DNA of 63,919 nt, the filler included, from Salisapilia sapeloensis CBS 127946 (lineage: Eukaryota; Protista; Oomycota): assembly GCA_023334545.1 (NCBI GenBank). It is 11 parts of 11 records of this genome, joined end to end, with 100 filler letters (N's around TTAATTAATTAA, not from the genome) between each part and the next. Parts side by side here need not be neighbours in the genome. Positions count along the whole stretch, not along the records: positions 59,520 to 61,534 come from JAADVB010000986.1; positions 61,635 to 62,795 come from JAADVB010001279.1; positions 62,896 to 63,919 come from JAADVB010001348.1; 8 more parts are not named here. One strand, given 5' to 3'. A program made the position numbers and the translations under genes. This document shows, one piece after another, positions 59,682-63,919 of this stretch. Numbering within the stretch: the stretch's first letter is position 1; each line of letters starts with the position of its first letter. The notes under the pieces were generated by a model, which was not told the DNA's origin, made no database searches, and saw nothing but the letters and a program-made list of their open reading frames with translations.

Positions 59682-60596
59682 TTAGTGCGTCGGCGCGATG
59701 AGCGGAACGAAGCCCTTCACACGACTAGACATCTTGCTGCCCAACTTGGACACGAACGAGTCCGCGAACGGACTCTGCTTCAACAGCGTCGAAACCGGCG
59801 TGCGCTCCGAAGGATTCACCGCCAGAAGCTGCTCCAAGACGCCCACGATCGCAGACTTGCTGCCACCGGTGTTCACGTCCAGACTCTCCAGCACCACGCG
59901 AGCGCCATAGTCCTCCAAAAACCGGAACTCGGGATCCCTCCGAGTCGGCTCCGCGTACGGGTAGCGACCGGCGACCATCGCGAACAGCATCACGCCCAAA
60001 GACCACAGGTCCGCCGCCTGCGTGTCGTACAGCTCGCCGTTGCACGCGTTCACCTCCGGAGCCATGTACTGCAGCTTGCCGGCGCCAGAAGACTCCGCGT
60101 CCGCCTCGAAGGACGCCAGGCCAAAGTCGCACACCTGCAGCGCGCCGTCGTCGCTCACCAGCACATTCTCCAACGACAGGTCGCGGTGGGCGATGCCGTT
60201 CGCGTGCAAAAAGTTCACGCCCAGCAGGATCTGTCGAAAGTAGTTCGTGATCTCGTCCGGTGTCAAGTACGGCAGCTTGGTGTTCAGCACCGACAGGAAC
60301 TCCCCGTTACCGGCGAACGCCATCACCAGCACGATGCTTCCGTTCTCGATGAAGCAGTCCACCATCGGCAGCACGTTGTCGTGGCCGCCCAGCATCTTGA
60401 GCTCCGCGTTCACGCGCAGCTCCGCGAACGCGTCTTCCTGCACGGCGACGCCAGACTCCTTCGTCCGGTTCTGCTGCGCATACGACAGCTCCATGGTCTT
60501 GACTGCCACGAGCTGCCCGGTCTGTCGGTGGCGGCACAGGTCCACTCGGCCATACAGGGCGGTGGCAAGGCGCTGCTTGAACTCGTACTTTTCCAT
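59682..60596 (-). CDS. Ser/Thr protein kinase, CAMK-like HRDLSLEN type
   Basis: LYGRV, VAVK, AHRDLSLENVL, CDFGLA, GKLQYMAPEV and DLWSLG. First ATG at 60596. Confidence 0.94.
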   Translation of the reverse strand: MEKYEFKQRLATALYGRVDLCRHRQTGQLVAVKTMELSYAQQNRTKESGVAVQEDAFAELRVNAELKMLGGHDNVLPMVDCFIENGSIVLVMAFAGNGEFLSVLNTKLPYLTPDEITNYFRQILLGVNFLHANGIAHRDLSLENVLVSDDGALQVCDFGLASFEADAESSGAGKLQYMAPEVNACNGELYDTQAADLWSLGVMLFAMVAGRYPYAEPTRRDPEFRFLEDYGARVVLESLDVNTGGSKSAIVGVLEQLLAVNPSERTPVSTLLKQSPFADSFVSKLGSKMSSRVKGFVPLIAPTH

Positions 60597-61534
60597 CTTA
60601 ACTCTGGCACGAGTAGCTACTGGATAGCAAATTCGATTGTGGTCGGCAGTCGCCGCCGAGATAGTCGGGTGCACGACGAATCGTCATCTTGGGCATCACT
60701 ATTCGTGCAAGATGCGGACAGATTACGCTTCCGCCCTCGGACCAATCGTCTGCCCGACGTCAGGCCTGCCCAGACCAATCAAATCCCGACAGCAGAGCCC
60801 GTGGGCGCGCGAATTTTAGAAAGCGTGGCGGCGGCGGAGTGATGGCCGGTTCAACGCAATCACGAGATTGATGGTCTCGGGTGGACCCAACGGATGGCGC
60901 TGTCGTACGGTAGACACTCGGATCCGAGGCGCCGCGTGCCATCCGATGCCTAGATTACCAATCCGCGTCGGATCAAGATCTTGGTCGGTTACGTGTGCGA
61001 GTGGTTCCTACGGAAGGACGTAGCAAGATGTTTCGTACTGAATAGTCCACGTGTGAAGGGTGTACTGGGTGAGGTGGCGGCGTTCTGTGTTTTTTCGCGG
61101 GTGGGTGCGCATCCTGGTCAGACTTCTGTTCAGATTCCACGCGGTACCCTCTCTGGACGGATCCCAGACCGCTTGCGGATCAAGGATTTTGTGCCGCGAC
61201 CAGCTTCCATTCCAATCAAGCGCCGCTTCCGTTGGACGTTACCAACATCAAGATCAAGAGCAGGAGGCACAATCAATCCGATGATGCTTGCATCCGTAAA
61301 CTGCCTGTCTTCCGTCCGGAGATTCGGACGGAACGAAAGAGTGTCTGCGGTAGATGCATGTCTTCAATAGCACATTCACACTTCATCGGTATCGGTATCG
61401 GTATCGGCAAGACCCGACCATTTGGGTGCTGACTATAGATTGTGTGGGTGGCTTCTGCCGTCAGACTCAACGTTGGACGTTAGACGTTAGCATAGCATCG
61501 ATCATAGCCGTGAGACTGACTACTGCTCAGACGA

Positions 61535-61634
61535 NNNNNNNNNNNNNNNNNNNNNNNNNNNNNNNNNNNNNNNNNNNNTTAATTAATTAANNNNNNNNNN
61601 NNNNNNNNNNNNNNNNNNNNNNNNNNNNNNNNNN
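61535..61634. other. Artificial contig spacer
   Basis: 44 N + TTAATTAATTAA + 44 N. Confidence 0.98.
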
Positions 61635-61868
61635 CCTCGACTTTATAAATAAAAGCGTCGTCGATATCCAAGCCTGTCCGGATACGCTCCATCCAGCGTT
61701 TTGCGCTGGACATCGACTGCGCCACCAAAAGAAAGAGATTTCACATCTGATTCTCTTTTCTTTCGGACATCAAACACAGCAACGAGTGCGAGTCGAGCGT
61801 AGGCACATTCGTCCGGCTGCCTACTGCGTCCATCCAGCACATCTTGAGCTCAGTTTTACCAGAGTCCA

Positions 61869-62765
61869 ATGCAGATTCACGTCCGCAAGTATGCCGACAT
61901 TGGCTCTATGGCACCACCCGTAGAAGCTGAAAGCGACGAGGCGAACGAAGCGCTGGCGTCACTGGTGGTCGTGACACCAGGCCAGACGATCTCGACGGAC
62001 ACGACGTCCTTCCTCCGCGGTCACGGGACGTTTTTGAACGCCCGGAACGAGCTGGTGGCGACGGTGGCCGGGACGGTGGAGAAGACGAACCAGCTGATCA
62101 CGGTCAAGCCTTTGGTGTCGAGGTACCTGGGGGAGGTGGGCGACTTGGTGGTGGGTCGCGTGACGGAGGTTGGTCACAAGCGATGGAAGGTGGACGTCGG
62201 CGGCGCGCAGGACGCGGGTCTGCAGCTGAGCGCAGTGTATCTTCCTGGTGGCGCCCAGCGGCGACGGACGTACGAGGACCAGCTGCAGATGCGTCAGGTG
62301 CTGGTGGAGAACGACGTGGTGAGCGCCGAGGTGCAGGACGTCCGGTACGACGGTACGCTGAGTCTGCACACGCGGAGTCTCCGATACGGGAAGCTGGAGA
62401 ACGGTCAGTTCTCGACGGTGTCTGCGTCTCTGGTGAAGCGCATGAAGCAGCACATGGTCCAGCTGGAGGAGATTGGCGTGGACGTGATCTTGGGGACGAA
62501 CGGGTACGTGTGGATCTCTCGGTCGATGGATGCGTCTGGGAAGGACGCGGATGTGGACATGGGGAACAACAGTCTGGAGGTGCAGGCGGAGGTGCTGATG
62601 GAGCAGCGTCGGCGGCATGCCGAGACGCCGATGACGGTAGAGGACCGTCGGAAGATCGCTCTCGTGCACAAAGCGCTGCAGCGGCTGAACGATGCCTTCC
62701 GACTCATCACGCCGGACGCCATCATGCGCATCTACCGACAGCTAGAAGCTCAGGACCAAGCATGA
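61869..62765 (+). CDS. RRP4: Exosome complex component RRP4 (EXOSC2)
   Basis: VVTPG, RGHGT, GDLVVGRVTEV..KRWKVD, LPGGAQRRRT.EDQLQMR, SLHTRSLRYGKLENG and ILGTNGYVWI. Confidence 0.96.
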   Translation: MQIHVRKYADIGSMAPPVEAESDEANEALASLVVVTPGQTISTDTTSFLRGHGTFLNARNELVATVAGTVEKTNQLITVKPLVSRYLGEVGDLVVGRVTEVGHKRWKVDVGGAQDAGLQLSAVYLPGGAQRRRTYEDQLQMRQVLVENDVVSAEVQDVRYDGTLSLHTRSLRYGKLENGQFSTVSASLVKRMKQHMVQLEEIGVDVILGTNGYVWISRSMDASGKDADVDMGNNSLEVQAEVLMEQRRRHAETPMTVEDRRKIALVHKALQRLNDAFRLITPDAIMRIYRQLEAQDQA

Positions 62766-62795
62766 ACATGTATATTCGGATAGATCCTAGTTTTA

Positions 62796-62895
62796 NNNNN
62801 NNNNNNNNNNNNNNNNNNNNNNNNNNNNNNNNNNNNNNNTTAATTAATTAANNNNNNNNNNNNNNNNNNNNNNNNNNNNNNNNNNNNNNNNNNNN
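62796..62895. other. Artificial contig spacer
   Basis: 44 N + TTAATTAATTAA + 44 N. Confidence 0.98.
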
Positions 62896-63162
62896 CACAT
62901 ACATGTTTCAAAGATAACAAACAAAGCTGTGTAGCCTAGTCTAGAGGTATTGGTCACTCCATCACAGAAGTCATTGGCGGCATACGCTCAGTGAAAGATG
63001 AGCCTGCAGCTCGAACCAAAGCGAGCACATGTACTCTGGAAGCACCGTCTATTAAATACCATCATGAAACGTATCCTAAACAAACTCTACTCACAGTCAA
63101 CTCCAGTTTCTTTAGCCCTGCTTCACTACTATTCATGCACCACGCTTCTCCTCTCCTTTGAA

Positions 63163-63918
63163 CTATCCAGTAGTTGATTCATCCTGTCGAAGTCGCAGCT
63201 CCGTCATCTTCAGCCACGCCAACTGCCGACCACGCTCCTGGTCGTTGAGAGAAAGCTCCGAAATGCTGCCCCGCCATACATTCTCAATCATCGTATCCAA
63301 CTCGTCTTCACCCTCCGCACCTCCTTGTGCGGACGCGTCTTCACCCGAAGACCGTCTCTTCGACTCGACAACTTGAGCATTATTACTAGACGACGTGAAC
63401 TGCGCAAAGGCGTTTAAGGAGCCTTCCGTCGAAGGGCTGCGTTGGTCATTCTCGAACTCGTAGACTTCACCAGCGCTTGATTCTTTGCCGGCTAGATCGC
63501 TCGATCCTTCGGTCATCTGTGAGATTTTCGACGGCTCAACGGTGGTAGATCCACTTCCTTCCTTCTCGTATCGCCCCGCTCGAATTTCCTGTCGAGCTAC
63601 CTTGTATGAGCTGACTTGGTTCGTGAACTGGTCGCAAGTGAGACAGAGCCGAACCTTCTTGGCCATCAGCTTCAAGTCGGAGCCAGCTTCAAGTAGCTCC
63701 AGAGCGATCACGCACTTGCTACAGACGGACGAGGCACACAAGGTGCACGGGTAAACTTTGCGTAAGGGCCCGAACTTCTTGTTGCAAGACCGACAGTTGG
63801 ACTTGTTTTGAGCTTCTACGTTCCCAATAAATCTTAGGATATCATTCTTGTTTACGTTTTTCCTCTGAAGGAGCCACGAGAGCTTCTTCATCTTCGCACA
63901 GTGAGACGAGGACCAAGC
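63163..63918 (-). CDS. START-FYVE family paralog, 3' part; 5' end beyond the window
   Basis: KKLSWLLQRKNVNK..CRSC..CTLC..CSKC..CLTC, strongly similar to 58255-59419. Intact C-terminus. Confidence 0.88.
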   Translation of the reverse strand, partial: AWSSSHCAKMKKLSWLLQRKNVNKNDILRFIGNVEAQNKSNCRSCNKKFGPLRKVYPCTLCASSVCSKCVIALELLEAGSDLKLMAKKVRLCLTCDQFTNQVSSYKVARQEIRAGRYEKEGSGSTTVEPSKISQMTEGSSDLAGKESSAGEVYEFENDQRSPSTEGSLNAFAQFTSSSNNAQVVESKRRSSGEDASAQGGAEGEDELDTMIENVWRGSISELSLNDQERGRQLAWLKMTELRLRQDESTTG

Positions 63919-63919
63919 A

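Noticed and set aside
59667-59683. (CTTAG)3 run at the kinase 3' end as a telomeric repeat
   Set aside because: Three copies only, internal to the contig, and not the oomycete TTTAGGG repeat.
59685-60842. 385-aa plus-strand ORF antisense to the kinase, and similar shadow ORFs over RRP4, ProRS, Fe-ADH and the PDR gene
   Set aside because: High GC3 on the sense strand removes stops from the antisense frame. The peptides have no recognisable motifs.

Overview
Eukaryotic DNA, most likely an oomycete draft genome. Support: short GT-AG introns of about 54-78 bp, oomycete INR+FPR core promoters (TCATTyy..AATTTnC), and families expanded in oomycetes (START-FYVE, TM7S3/TM198-like, HRDLSLEN kinase, PDR transporter). 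The window is not contiguous. It is 11 contigs joined by ten artificial 100-bp spacers (44 N + TTAATTAATTAA + 44 N), so adjacency across spacers means nothing. About 45 genes or gene fragments are supported, several only after manual splicing. They include GMPPA, an OTU deubiquitinase, SIN1, ProRS with a YbaK/ProX domain, RBBP4, VPS55, a sorting nexin, a cyclin, SYF1, DCP1, NTH1, two ABCG transporters, RPA1 ends, a GET2/CAML-like gene, DPH1 and RRP4. I found no rRNA, tRNA, CRISPR array or intact transposon. The most notable structure is that three contigs each start and end with an exact 141-bp inverted copy of the same sequence. The fixed length points to a k=141 assembler breaking at longer inverted duplications. 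In one case this exposes a divergent paralog pair sharing an identical core, with a C2 domain on only one copy. Other leads are a frameshifted giant-virus-like fragment abutting a VPS13-like pseudogene, two probable pseudoenzymes (Fe-ADH-like and GATase-like), a 44-aa Cys/His microprotein, and two dense motif clusters in promoters. I cannot demonstrate a complete new biological system here. All family calls are from motif recognition, not database searches.
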